Assembly: GCA_020720805.1 (NCBI GenBank)
Contig: DYNZ01000001.1
Coordinates: 46,374 to 110,373 of the forward strand
Source of the DNA: Leptospira biflexa
Lineage (GTDB): Bacteria > Spirochaetota > DYNZ01
Direction: 5' to 3'
DNA length: 64,000 nucleotides
Shown here: one piece after another, positions 1 to 9,988 of the stretch
Numbering within the stretch: the first letter of the stretch is position 1
Layout of the letters: the number at the start of each line of letters is the position of its first letter
Position numbers and translations under genes: made by a program
The notes under the pieces: model-generated
What the model was told of the DNA's origin: nothing
Database searches by the model: none
The model's input: the letters and a program-made list of their open reading frames with translations, nothing else

Positions 1-251
1 TTATGACTATCACTCATATTATCTACAATTTCAGATTGTATAAAATAAGAATCCGCTCCTTCCTTAACCAATCCCGAATTTCTGGCACCACGAAAGGATT
101 TCGTGGTTGCTAGCAGATAAATCGCCTCCAGAATATTTGTTTTACCTGATCCATTTTGACCTGAAAAAACAATAAATGGGTTGGCACTAAAATGAAGATC
201 TAAAGATTGATAGGATCTAAAATTTTTTAATTGCAATCTATTGATTTTCAT
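1..251 (-). CDS. recF: DNA replication/repair protein RecF (5' part; runs off window start)
   Basis: Manual translation from the ATG at 251: MKINRLQLKNFRSY...FSGQNGSGKTNILEAIYLLATTKSFRG. It has a Walker A motif and the RecF N-terminal signature, and lies directly downstream of dnaN. Confidence 0.93.
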   Translation of the reverse strand, partial: MKINRLQLKNFRSYQSLDLHFSANPFIVFSGQNGSGKTNILEAIYLLATTKSFRGARNSGLVKEGADSYFIQSEIVDNMSDSH

Positions 252-275
252 TCACAATTAAAAAAAATATTAGAA

Positions 276-1394
276 TCAATTTATTTTTAATGGCATGATG
301 ACGCAAAGATAATTTTGATTTTCCGTTCCTTGAATAATTGTTGGCATTTCCGAATCAGAAAATTTAAAATAAATTTCATCATCATCCACCTCTTTTAGTA
401 CATCTAAAATATATGTACTATTAAATCCAATGGATATTTTATCTCCAGAATAATTTATTTCAATTTCCTCGTGCGCATCTCCTAAATCCTGAGTGTGAGC
501 TTCAATGGTTAATATGGAAACACCAAAAACCAATTTAATGAGATGAGATGTTTCATTTGCCATTAAAGATACACGTTTTACAGCCTCCTCAAACAATCCT
601 CTTTGAATTATAGCCGATTGCCTCGGCGATGAAGGTATCACTTTTTCATAATCTGGAAATTTTCCTTGAATCAAGCGACATGACATTTCAATTTCACTTA
701 TTTTTAAAAAAAGTTGATTATTTGAAAAATTAAATAAAACCTCTCCCTGTTGTGTTAATATTTTTTGCAATTCAGATATTGCCTTACTCGGAATAATCAT
801 TCCTTCAGAAATCACTATTGGATTTAATAATTCGGTTTCAGCGAAGGCCAATCGGCGTCCATCGGTAGCAACAAACCTTAATTTTGATTGCTTGGTTTCT
901 ACAAATATTCCATTAAAAACATATCGTGTTTCATCATTTGCGACAGCGAAATATGTTTTCTGGATTAATGATTTCATCATTTGCTGCTCTAAAGAAAAAA
1001 GTTCCATCTTGGGAATCTGGACAATATAAGGAAAATCCTTTGCTGCTGCTCCCATAATGGTAAATTTTACTTTATTAACTTCTGAAGTAATTGAAATTTT
1101 ATAATTAGCATCACTTTGAAATAATATTCCACCACTTCGCATGGATCGAATCATGCTTGAAAATTTTTTAGCAGGAATAGTAATTGAACCTGGCTCGTCT
1201 ATTTGCGCTGATATTTTTGCTTTTACTCCAATTTCCAAATCGGATGCAGTAAGGTACAATTCATCTTTATCTGCTTCCAATAGTAAATTTGATAAAATTG
1301 ATAATGTATTTCTATTCGAAACAATTCCTTCAACCGCCGAAATTGCCTTTTGTAAATCATCTTTTTCTATTTTGATTTTCATAGATTTATCCAT
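276..1394 (-). CDS. dnaN: DNA polymerase III beta sliding clamp
   Basis: 372 aa; ASDLEIG, ATDGRRL, GKFPDYEKVIP, IGFNSTY, VIMPL motifs; dnaA-dnaN-recF order. Confidence 0.98.
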   Translation of the reverse strand: MDKSMKIKIEKDDLQKAISAVEGIVSNRNTLSILSNLLLEADKDELYLTASDLEIGVKAKISAQIDEPGSITIPAKKFSSMIRSMRSGGILFQSDANYKISITSEVNKVKFTIMGAAAKDFPYIVQIPKMELFSLEQQMMKSLIQKTYFAVANDETRYVFNGIFVETKQSKLRFVATDGRRLAFAETELLNPIVISEGMIIPSKAISELQKILTQQGEVLFNFSNNQLFLKISEIEMSCRLIQGKFPDYEKVIPSSPRQSAIIQRGLFEEAVKRVSLMANETSHLIKLVFGVSILTIEAHTQDLGDAHEEIEINYSGDKISIGFNSTYILDVLKEVDDDEIYFKFSDSEMPTIIQGTENQNYLCVIMPLKIN

Positions 1395-1735
1395 TCTCCG
1401 TTCCTCAAAGGAATTCGGTATTTTATATAATTCATTCCTGATTATGCAACTAAATTCTTTATCAAAGAGATATCAACTATCAACAATCTCTTTATTATTA
1501 TTGTATTAATAAAATAATTCTATTTAAAAAGTAGTAGTAATAATATAGTCTGTTAATAACTCTCTTAAGCCATTTCATAGTTAATTTACTGTGGTTATTT
1601 CACTAATTTCTAAAAGATTAAACTGTGAATAACCTGTTTGCACGTGTGAATATCAGTTTATAACATTGTCAAACTTCTCTTTTTTTATAAAAGCGTGAAT
1701 ATGTTTGTTAAAGTGAATAACTTTGTGGAAAAACC
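1395..1735. other. Predicted replication origin oriC (dnaA-dnaN intergenic)
   Basis: DnaA boxes TGTGAATAA 1624-1632 and TGTGGAAAA 1724-1732. Near matches at 1551, 1590, 1645, 1694 and 1712, all in one orientation. AT-rich tract with GTAGTAGTAATAATATAG at 1531-1548. Confidence 0.85.
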
Positions 1736-3073
1736 TTACAGAGAAAATTTCTGTTCTAATTCTAAAATTTTTGCTTTTAAATCAGAATCCTGCACAATTT
1801 TCTTTTCGATTTCCTGGCGTGCATTGATTATAGTTGAATGATCGCGGCCACCAAAATGAACCCCAATCTCTTTGGATGTAAGGTTTGTAAATTTTGATGC
1901 AAAATAGATAGCAACAAAACGAGGAAGTATTAATTTTGCTGAACGACTTTTTGATACAATATCATCGGCACTAACCGAAAAATATTCAGCAATTTTCTTT
2001 TTTATTTCATCAATAGGTAAAGCTTCTGATTTTTCTTCTGATGTAATATAGTCGGCTAATAATTGCATGGATAGTTCTTTGGTAATTGGCTTTTTTGAAC
2101 TTGCCAGGGTACTGAGAGCTCCTTCCAATGCGCGAATGTGAGTGGTAATATTTTTTGCGATCAAATAAAATATTTCGTCATCTAAAATCAATTTTCGCTC
2201 TGAAGCTTTTCTTTTTAATATGGCAACCCTGGTTTCCAGGTCTGGAGGAAAAATTTTTGTAATGATACCCCATTCAAATCGAGTTCTCATTCGATCAGTT
2301 AGATATTCTAAATGTTTAGGGGGCCTATCACTGGAAATCACAATCTGCTTACCTGATTCATATAAAGTATTAAATGTATGGAAAAATTCGATTTGGGTTT
2401 TTGCCTTGTCTTGTATAAACTGGATATCATCTAGTAAAAGAACATCCGCATGCCTGTACTTTAATTTAAATTGCGAGGTATCTCCTTGGAGAAAGGCTGC
2501 TTGAATTTCATTTAGAAATTGTTCTGAATGGACATAAATTATCTTAAGATAGGGCTTTTCTCTGAGAATTTTGTTGCAAATAGCTTGAAGTAAATGGGTT
2601 TTACCAAGACCTGCATCTCCCCAAATAAAAAGAGGATTGTATTGGCTACCTGGATTTTCAGCAACTGACCATGCAACACTATGTGCGTTTTCATTATTGC
2701 TTCCAACCACAAAATGAGAAAAATCAAATCGTTCATTGATCTTCGGTTTACTGAGATTTACCACCCCCTTTTTATTAATACTAAAATCCTTGGGATAATG
2801 GTTGTTTGGATTGGCTTTCTCCTCTTCTACAGAATTTGGCGTAATAAAATCAATTTTAACCTGACGCCCAGAAAGATCGTAGATAATTTGTGATATTTGT
2901 TCTAGATATTTTGACTCGACATGATCTTTAACGCGTTTATCCTGAAATTCAATGATTAATCTTTCTTTTGAAGAAGAGATTAATGAACTACCAGAAAACC
3001 AGGCGTCAAAAGTCTGTGGATTCATCGTTGTTTTTAACTGTTCAAGAACATGATTCCAAAGAGATCCGGACAT
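1736..3073 (-). CDS. dnaA: Chromosomal replication initiator DnaA
   Basis: NPLFIWGDAGLGKTHL (Walker A), LLLDDIQF (Walker B), FGGRDHSTI. Start placed at MSGSLW (ATG 3073, GGAG upstream) rather than at 3196. Confidence 0.98.
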   Translation of the reverse strand: MSGSLWNHVLEQLKTTMNPQTFDAWFSGSSLISSSKERLIIEFQDKRVKDHVESKYLEQISQIIYDLSGRQVKIDFITPNSVEEEKANPNNHYPKDFSINKKGVVNLSKPKINERFDFSHFVVGSNNENAHSVAWSVAENPGSQYNPLFIWGDAGLGKTHLLQAICNKILREKPYLKIIYVHSEQFLNEIQAAFLQGDTSQFKLKYRHADVLLLDDIQFIQDKAKTQIEFFHTFNTLYESGKQIVISSDRPPKHLEYLTDRMRTRFEWGIITKIFPPDLETRVAILKRKASERKLILDDEIFYLIAKNITTHIRALEGALSTLASSKKPITKELSMQLLADYITSEEKSEALPIDEIKKKIAEYFSVSADDIVSKSRSAKLILPRFVAIYFASKFTNLTSKEIGVHFGGRDHSTIINARQEIEKKIVQDSDLKAKILELEQKFSL

Positions 3074-3310
3074 GCAAAAAGCTCCTTTATACAGCAAAGA
3101 AAGTGCTCTGCGCACTTTCTGGCGTAAATACCCTAACCGCCGAATTTTTATGGAAATTCGGCATGCTTCGCAACATCGTGTGAGTTGGAAAACCAATAAC
3201 TTTTGGGTATAAAACGGTCGGGAAAGGAAAATTCCGGCTTTCGTTAGGTGGAAGCAAGAGAAAAATAACTGGAGAGGTAAAAAAAAATCAGATTCTAATT
3301 TTGCTTATAA

Positions 3311-3934
3311 TTAGCTTTTTTTAAGCTGAGGGGGTTGAAATCTTAAAGGTAATGTTTTTAAATCGTTCAGCTCGTTGGAGTACTTTTTAGGTATCGTTGC
3401 ACCAATTTTATCAAAAGCGTGAAAAAGAAACGATCTGGATCTTCGAAAAACATGGATTGCGGCTTGATTTTGGTTGAGACGCAGGTAAGATTGACCGCGA
3501 TAAAACTCTTTTATTCCTAATTGGTAGTAAGAGTTAGCAATAGGGTGATGCAGCAAAGAGTGGACCTTTTTCTGGCCTAATTCCTGACTTATGAATTGCG
3601 TTTTCTTGGAAAAGATTATCGCTGTTTCATGATATAATTTAAATTCTATATTTTTTGCTTGAGAAAAAAGATGAAACGATTCTAAAAATTTTTTTTTGTC
3701 CCAGGCTTGATTCGCCAATTCCAGCGAGAGACTGTATTTGCTATAAATTGATTGAATATTTTTTAGTTTTTCATCATCAGAGATATATTTGATAGATTCT
3801 TGTAAAAAAATTTTATTTTCATTTCTTTCCATCCGATTTTTCTGCAAGATCGAATATTCAGGTAGAGTGTGAACCTGTAATTGATAGCCTAAAATAATAA
3901 TGCAAGATAAAAGAAAAATTTTAATTTCTTTCAT
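3311..3934 (-). CDS. Secreted helical protein, possible distant OmpL37-like paralog
   Basis: Signal peptide; AIHVFRRSRSFL resembles GIKLCRRAKRYS in the neighbour; ATGA overlap with the upstream gene. Confidence 0.5.
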   Translation of the reverse strand: MKEIKIFLLSCIIILGYQLQVHTLPEYSILQKNRMERNENKIFLQESIKYISDDEKLKNIQSIYSKYSLSLELANQAWDKKKFLESFHLFSQAKNIEFKLYHETAIIFSKKTQFISQELGQKKVHSLLHHPIANSYYQLGIKEFYRGQSYLRLNQNQAAIHVFRRSRSFLFHAFDKIGATIPKKYSNELNDLKTLPLRFQPPQLKKS

Positions 3935-4773
3935 TTTGAATCCTGCTTACCCTTTACTTCGGTGAGATTTATTTTTTCTTCCGAAGAAAAATTTGCATCT
4001 AATCCTCTCACCTGAAATTCTTTTGTTAAGATATCGCCAACAGTCTCCTTTTTTAACGTTAATCCTTTGTTGTCAACATGATGAAGGATCATCTTAAACT
4101 CAGGCAATACTTCCTGATCTTTACTCTCCTGTAATTTAATTAATTTAGAGCCAATTTCTTCATAAGATAATTTATCAATTCCAATTTTCTGGTCAGCCGG
4201 TGTTTTTGCATGTAAAATGGCTAGTATGCTATAGCGTTTGGCTCTACGACAAAGTTTTATTCCTTCCATATATTTTTTTATTTTATAGGAGAATAATACC
4301 TTGGGAGAATGAAGTGCAACAATTTGCTGACTTTTTGCTTCTGTCAAATCACGATACCCAAGAGTGAGATAATGTTTGGCTTGGCTATCTTTAGAACGAA
4401 TGATCGTTGGCGCTATTCGATCCAGAATTTTTTTTGTATCAAGAAGATAGATATCCATGATCTGACTAAATAGATTGACCATGATTTCCTGTGATTTTCG
4501 GATTTCTCTGTATGTTCGTTTGTATTTACTCTGAAGATAGGAAACTTGAGCCCAAAAATCATGATTTCCGGATTCCTTGAAAAGTTTTACCTGGGCATCT
4601 TCGCCAAAATTGGTTACAGCAATATTTACAAATTGAATAAAGTACTTATTTTCCGCCAGAAATCTTTCCGATGATACCTGATCGCCTACTGCAGCTACCT
4701 GTTTCCAGCTGGTGATAGACAGGATAAAAACCAATACAAAGATTTGTAAAAATATTTTCCTGGATCTTTTCAT
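3931..4773 (-). CDS. Secreted helical protein, Leptospira OmpL37 adhesin-like
   Basis: Start likely MKRSRK (4773) with a signal peptide. ENKYFIQFVNIAVTNF, YLTLGYRD, KIKKY..RRAKRYSILA and HHVDNKG recall the OmpL37 family (from memory). Confidence 0.55.
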   Translation of the reverse strand: MKRSRKIFLQIFVLVFILSITSWKQVAAVGDQVSSERFLAENKYFIQFVNIAVTNFGEDAQVKLFKESGNHDFWAQVSYLQSKYKRTYREIRKSQEIMVNLFSQIMDIYLLDTKKILDRIAPTIIRSKDSQAKHYLTLGYRDLTEAKSQQIVALHSPKVLFSYKIKKYMEGIKLCRRAKRYSILAILHAKTPADQKIGIDKLSYEEIGSKLIKLQESKDQEVLPEFKMILHHVDNKGLTLKKETVGDILTKEFQVRGLDANFSSEEKINLTEVKGKQDSK

Positions 4774-4923
4774 AAATCTCGGGATTCCTTTAAAAATACA
4801 TCTAAGAACTTTATCGGTTGATTTTTTATGAAAGAATACAAAAAGAATGGGAATTGCGGGATTTTCTGATCTGATAAAGAGAATAGCCAAGCTTGCTATC
4901 GCAACCTGGCTAGACATCGATCG

Positions 4924-5373
4924 TTATTGAGATATGATTTGAAACTGGACCTCAGCGGCGCGGTTTTTTTCTACAGGATTCCCAAAAAAGACTTTCATTT
5001 TATAGTCACCTGGCTTTTCAAAAAAATCAGGTCTTAAGACAAAGGTAAAATGATTGCTGTTGCTTTTTATATCCTTTTCAACTCTCTCTCTGAGGAGTAT
5101 TTCGCTATTTTGTCCCTGTACTTCAAATATCTGAATGGTAAACATAGAGGTTGGAAAAGGACTTTTTTGCTTTATAGAATAATAAATATAGCTGTTTTGA
5201 GGGAAAATGGTTTCTTCAGGATTTGATTTTCCAGTAAATGGTTGACTACTCAACAATATTTTGGGTTTTCCAAACCCTGCAAAATCCCATGGTTTGATAA
5301 TAAATAGCACCAGACCAATGGCAAATGCAATTACAAGAGAAATGATAACTTTCCGCATTTGGAGGCTCCTCAC
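4924..5373 (-). CDS. Membrane-anchored beta-sandwich hypothetical protein
   Basis: N-terminal TM helix, beta-rich C-terminus (PGDYKMKVFF). Confidence 0.55.
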   Translation of the reverse strand: MRSLQMRKVIISLVIAFAIGLVLFIIKPWDFAGFGKPKILLSSQPFTGKSNPEETIFPQNSYIYYSIKQKSPFPTSMFTIQIFEVQGQNSEILLRERVEKDIKSNSNHFTFVLRPDFFEKPGDYKMKVFFGNPVEKNRAAEVQFQIISQ

Positions 5374-5527
5374 TTTGAATATTACCTCTAAGGACTCCTA
5401 ATAAGTTAGGAATCAAGATGGTATTGGAATTAATACAATATGTATTTATTGATTTTTTCAATAATTGTTAAAAAAATCCTAAAGCCTGTAAATACGGCAA
5501 CAAATTTATTTCGGAAATGACCTAAAA

Positions 5528-6349
5528 ATGGAACTCTTTGCTACTAGTGTAAGCTGGAATATAAACCGGTACTGTAATTATAAATGCAGTTACTGCACTC
5601 AGCAGGATGATAAACTGAAAGGACAGGATGTTTCCGACTTTCGTCCATTTTTAGATGCATTTCGACAACTTATCGGACCAATTGAAGTAAAAATCTCCGG
5701 AGGAGAGCCTTTCTTGTATCCGGATTTTTTGCAAATGTGCAGAGAAATGCGCGAAAGGCATTTCTATATTTCAATTGTAACAAATTTTTCTGCTCAAGTA
5801 GAGAACCTTTTTGATTTTCTCGATGTAGTGGGAGATCTTCTCCAAGTTTTTTCTGCTAGCCTTCACCTTGAATATGCTGATCCTGGGGAATTTTTAGCCA
5901 AGGCACTCCAGTTTAAGCAAAAAATGGCGGCAAATTCATCCTTTGTCGTGACCTCTGTTGCGTCTCCGCGTCATTTGACAGAGCTCAATAAGATAGGTCG
6001 AATTTTTTTAGATCATGGTGTTCGTTTTAATTTACAACCATTAAAGTATCATGGGTCTATTATTACGTATACACAAAAGGAATCAGAAATTCTAAATTTT
6101 TTTGGAGGGCATAACCGAACTGGAAAAATTTGCAATAATTTCTTCGGTAGACCATGCAAAGCTGGCATTAACTACTTTGTGGTTGGTCCCACTGGCGATG
6201 TGTGGCGATGTTATCAGGCTAAAAAAGAGCGAAAAGAGTATTTAGGAAATATTCTTCAAGGCAGTTTCATGCCTTACACTGAAATTCATGATTGTATCTA
6301 CCACTATTGCCCATGTACTGTTCCCATAGAAAGAAAGATGATTTTGTAG
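5528..6349 (+). CDS. Radical SAM protein with C-terminal Cys-rich (SPASM/Twitch-like) region
   Basis: CNYKCSYC, SGGEPF, CKAG..GDVWRC..C..CPC. Confidence 0.88.
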   Translation: MELFATSVSWNINRYCNYKCSYCTQQDDKLKGQDVSDFRPFLDAFRQLIGPIEVKISGGEPFLYPDFLQMCREMRERHFYISIVTNFSAQVENLFDFLDVVGDLLQVFSASLHLEYADPGEFLAKALQFKQKMAANSSFVVTSVASPRHLTELNKIGRIFLDHGVRFNLQPLKYHGSIITYTQKESEILNFFGGHNRTGKICNNFFGRPCKAGINYFVVGPTGDVWRCYQAKKERKEYLGNILQGSFMPYTEIHDCIYHYCPCTVPIERKMIL

Positions 6350-6360
6350 GTTATTCCAAA

Positions 6361-7773
6361 ATGAATTATAAATGCACCATTCCTGCCGAATTATTGCAAT
6401 CTCCAGTAGCGCAGGGAGCTATTTTTATTTTAGAAAGATTGGAAAATGCGGGATATGAGGCATATTGGGCGGGAGGTGCTGTTAGAGATTTCATTCTTAA
6501 AAAAAAACCACATGATATCGATATTGCTACGAGTGCTCGTCCTGAACAGGTGGTACAAATATTTAGGAAAACTATTCCGGTTGGTGTCCAATTTGGGGTC
6601 ATCATTGTGCTGGTAAAGGGCTTTTCTTATGAAGTAGCAACCTTTCGCAATGATGGACAGTATTTAGATGGAAGAAGACCTGAAAATGTCACTTTTTCTT
6701 CGGCGCGGGAGGATGCCAACAGGCGTGATTTTACGATCAATGGCCTATTTTTTCATCCTCGGTCTCAGGAAATAATTGATTATGTGAATGGGCTTGTCGA
6801 TCTGCAAGGTGGTCTAATTCGAACTATCGGTAGCGCACATGAACGATTTCATGAGGATAAATTGCGAATATTACGCGCTCCTCGCTTTTCGCTGCAATTG
6901 GGATTTTCCATAGAAGCGGAAACCAAAAAGGCGATTCAGGAAATGGCAAAATCTGTCCAAATTGTTTCCCAGGAAAGAATAACAGAAGAATTAAAAAAAA
7001 TATTTTCTGGATCTAAACCCTATCAAGCTGCTTCATTATTACAGGAATTAAATCTTTTAGAGGTACTTTTTCCCTTTATGGGACAATTGCGGGTTGCTGA
7101 CCTTCAGCATGGATTCTGGCAATTGGAACAAAGAAAAATTTCTACGGAGAATCAAGCCACATTATTTGATCATGTATTAGGTTCGCTTCTATCGCTAGAA
7201 GAGATGTATCAGCAAAGAAACTATCTGGACATTTTTCAAGATTCGAAAAATAACTATCCTTTTCTTCTTGTTCTTGGTTTACTATTGCAACATTATTCAG
7301 AAATTCATGATAAGGGAAATGGAACTATGGATCAAGCAAAGAACCCTTTTCTGGATTTAGAAAAAAAATTAGGGACATACAAATTATCAAATAAAGAAAA
7401 GCAGGTTGTAATTGAGCTTCTTAAGGCAAGGAATGAATTTCACCTATGGACTAAAGCCAGAGTTGCGCAAAGAAAACGCTGGATTCGGGATCCGCTATTC
7501 AGCTATAAAATTATTTTCTATTTAAGTCGATTTTCCTTTATTTCATACGATAAAAACTTACTCTCTTTTATTTTAGAAGAAAAAATGAAATATAGTGATG
7601 CGGAGCTGAATCCTATTCCTCTGCTATCAGGAAGCGATTTAATTGAAATGGGATACACTCCTGGTCCTAAGTTCGCTGAGGATTTGATGGCTTTAGAAAA
7701 TGAGCAGCTCGAATCAACAATTCATGACCGCCAGGAGGCGCTTGCATTCATAAGAAAAAGGCGAGGTATTTAA
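6361..7773 (+). CDS. cca: CCA tRNA nucleotidyltransferase (class II)
   Basis: GGAVRD, DIDIAT, EVATFR, RRDFTING, EDKLRILRAPRF, SQERI. Start at MNYKC. Confidence 0.9.
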   Translation: MNYKCTIPAELLQSPVAQGAIFILERLENAGYEAYWAGGAVRDFILKKKPHDIDIATSARPEQVVQIFRKTIPVGVQFGVIIVLVKGFSYEVATFRNDGQYLDGRRPENVTFSSAREDANRRDFTINGLFFHPRSQEIIDYVNGLVDLQGGLIRTIGSAHERFHEDKLRILRAPRFSLQLGFSIEAETKKAIQEMAKSVQIVSQERITEELKKIFSGSKPYQAASLLQELNLLEVLFPFMGQLRVADLQHGFWQLEQRKISTENQATLFDHVLGSLLSLEEMYQQRNYLDIFQDSKNNYPFLLVLGLLLQHYSEIHDKGNGTMDQAKNPFLDLEKKLGTYKLSNKEKQVVIELLKARNEFHLWTKARVAQRKRWIRDPLFSYKIIFYLSRFSFISYDKNLLSFILEEKMKYSDAELNPIPLLSGSDLIEMGYTPGPKFAEDLMALENEQLESTIHDRQEALAFIRKRRGI

Positions 7774-7776
7774 ACA

Positions 7777-8184
7777 TTGGAAGTAAAGGTAATTTTACAA
7801 AAAATAATTGCTATCATGGTTGGCGGTGCATTCGGAGCCATGAGCCGATATGGTCTTACATTGCTGGTTCGCTCTAATTTTAAAAACAGCATTTTTCCTT
7901 ATGGTACTCTTACTGTAAATGTGCTAGGGGCATTACTATTTGGATTTTTTTGGGCAATTTTTTTTAAGTACAGCGATATCCAGGTCTGGCGACATTTTGT
8001 ACTCATTGGATTTCTTGGTTCGCTCACGACCTTCTCCTCCTATACTTTTGATCTTTTTGTTATGATAAAACAAGGACACTATACCGCTGCTGCCCTTTAT
8101 TTTATTCTAAGTAATGTTATCTGTTTGGTGGGTTTTTTTTTAGCATTTTTTTTTACAGAAAAAATGCTAAAATCACTGACTTGA
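7777..8184 (+). CDS. crcB: Fluoride efflux channel FluC/CrcB
   Basis: GGAFGAMSRY, PYGTLTVNVLG, GFLGSLTTFSSY. Confidence 0.93.
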   Translation: MEVKVILQKIIAIMVGGAFGAMSRYGLTLLVRSNFKNSIFPYGTLTVNVLGALLFGFFWAIFFKYSDIQVWRHFVLIGFLGSLTTFSSYTFDLFVMIKQGHYTAAALYFILSNVICLVGFFLAFFFTEKMLKSLT

Positions 8185-8189
8185 TTTCC

Positions 8190-9167
8190 TTAAAAAATAT
8201 CGAGTGCAGCATAGGTGATGATCGCGGTAGCACCGGCTCGTTTTATTGCAAATAGACTCTCTAGCATGACAGCAGATCCGTCAAAAAGCTGAAGTCTGTC
8301 CCCATGCTGAATCATGGCGTATTCTCCACTAACCTGATATGCAAATATGGGATAAGAAAAATGGTTCTTGAGATCTTTGATTACGTCAAGATATGGCAAA
8401 GCTGGTTTTACCATTAGGAAATCGGCTCCCTCTTGGATGTCAAGCTCTGCTTCCCTAACAGCTTCCCAGGATCGGGTATATGGCATCTGGTATCCTTTTC
8501 TATCTCCAAAAGACGGAGCGGATTGAGCTGCATCCCGAAAAGGTCCATAGAAAGCTGAGGCATACTTTACGGAATAGGATAGGATACTGACATTCTGAAA
8601 TTCATTTTTATCAAGAGCGGAACGAATCGCCGCAACCATTCCATCCATCATTCCTGAAGGAGCAATCACATCAATGCCAGCTTGTGCATAAACTTTCGCA
8701 AAATTGGCAAGCCGCTGCAATGTTAGATCATTATCTACATCTCCATGTGATGTAAGAATGCCGCAATGTCCATGAGATGTATATTCACACAAACATAAAT
8801 CGGCAATAACTAACAAGGATTTTCCAAATCTTTTTTTTAAGAGAGTTGCGAATTTTGGCACGATAGCTGGTTCAACGTCTCCTGTGGACCCAATTTCATC
8901 TTTTTGTCGTGGTATTCCAAAAAGGATGACGGCAGGAATTTTTTTCTGGACAGCGTTTTCAGCTATCATCAACGCGCTGCTTATGTTATGAACAAAGACA
9001 CCCGGCATGGAGTTGACTTCTCGGGCATGTAAACCATCTTCCGGTAAGTTTTCATCCAAAAAAAGGGGCAACACCAGATCATTTGGAAGCAATTCGATAT
9101 CGCTGGTTAATCGACGCATGGCTTCCGAAGTTCGATAACGGCGCATTCTGGTAATGGGATAAAGCAT
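8190..9167 (-). CDS. hemB: Porphobilinogen synthase
   Basis: DLCLCEYTSHGHCG, APSGMMDG, KYASAFYGPFRDA, MVKPA, YQVSGEY. Start MLYPI with GAGG RBS. Confidence 0.97.
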   Translation of the reverse strand: MLYPITRMRRYRTSEAMRRLTSDIELLPNDLVLPLFLDENLPEDGLHAREVNSMPGVFVHNISSALMIAENAVQKKIPAVILFGIPRQKDEIGSTGDVEPAIVPKFATLLKKRFGKSLLVIADLCLCEYTSHGHCGILTSHGDVDNDLTLQRLANFAKVYAQAGIDVIAPSGMMDGMVAAIRSALDKNEFQNVSILSYSVKYASAFYGPFRDAAQSAPSFGDRKGYQMPYTRSWEAVREAELDIQEGADFLMVKPALPYLDVIKDLKNHFSYPIFAYQVSGEYAMIQHGDRLQLFDGSAVMLESLFAIKRAGATAIITYAALDIF

Positions 9168-9272
9168 GGATAACCTCACTTTTCAACTGTTAAGAAAGTG
9201 CTTGCAGACCGAATTTCGTGCAAGCGGAAAATTCGGCGGTTAGGACAAATTTATGGAAATGGATAAAAAAAT

Positions 9273-9938
9273 ATGAAGCTGCAAAGTTCGTATATTATAA
9301 ATAAGCAAGGCAGAAAAATTTTTTATGATGATATTCGAAAAATTGGCATAACAGGGTTATATGCTAGCGGCAAAGGTACGGTAACAAAGCTTTTTGAGAG
9401 TTTAGGTGCTTATGGTATCGATTCTGATCTCTTAGCCCGACAAGCAGTGGTTAAGGGAACTGAGGGATGGCGGCAGATTATTGAAATTTTTGGAGAGGCA
9501 GTATTGGATAACCACGGAGAGATCCATCGCTCCGCTTTAGCCGAAATCGTTTTTCAGGATGAAAGAAAGTTGCAAGAGTTAAATCGCATTATCCACCCTA
9601 TTGTACAGTCATTGGCAGAAAAGGAGATAAAGGTCGAGTTGATGCAGAATCCTAGTCGGCGTTTTGTTTTGAATATCCCGCTACTCTTTGAGGCCGGCAG
9701 AGAAAAGTGGTTGGATCTTGTGATCGTAATCAATACTCCATTGGAAGATTCGATTCAAAGAGGTATGATCAGAGATTCACTCACAGAAAAACAGATCATA
9801 TCGAGGATTCGCTATCAAATTCCGCTAAATGAAAAATTGGAAAGAGCCGATTATGTAATCGATAATAGCCAGGATATTGAGAATACCAGAAAGCAGGTTT
9901 ATCAATTTTGGCAATGGATTCACGGCCAGCTTCCTTGA
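9273..9938 (+). CDS. coaE: Dephospho-CoA kinase
   Basis: IGITGLYASGKGTV, IIHPIV, IPLLFE, ADYVIDN. Confidence 0.93.
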   Translation: MKLQSSYIINKQGRKIFYDDIRKIGITGLYASGKGTVTKLFESLGAYGIDSDLLARQAVVKGTEGWRQIIEIFGEAVLDNHGEIHRSALAEIVFQDERKLQELNRIIHPIVQSLAEKEIKVELMQNPSRRFVLNIPLLFEAGREKWLDLVIVINTPLEDSIQRGMIRDSLTEKQIISRIRYQIPLNEKLERADYVIDNSQDIENTRKQVYQFWQWIHGQLP

Positions 9939-9988
9939 ACAGGAGGTATTGGTTACATTATAAAGTTTATACTATATGGATGCATGAT

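Noticed and set aside
3074-3196. 41-aa N-terminal extension of DnaA
   Set aside because: DnaA similarity and a good RBS start at 3073.
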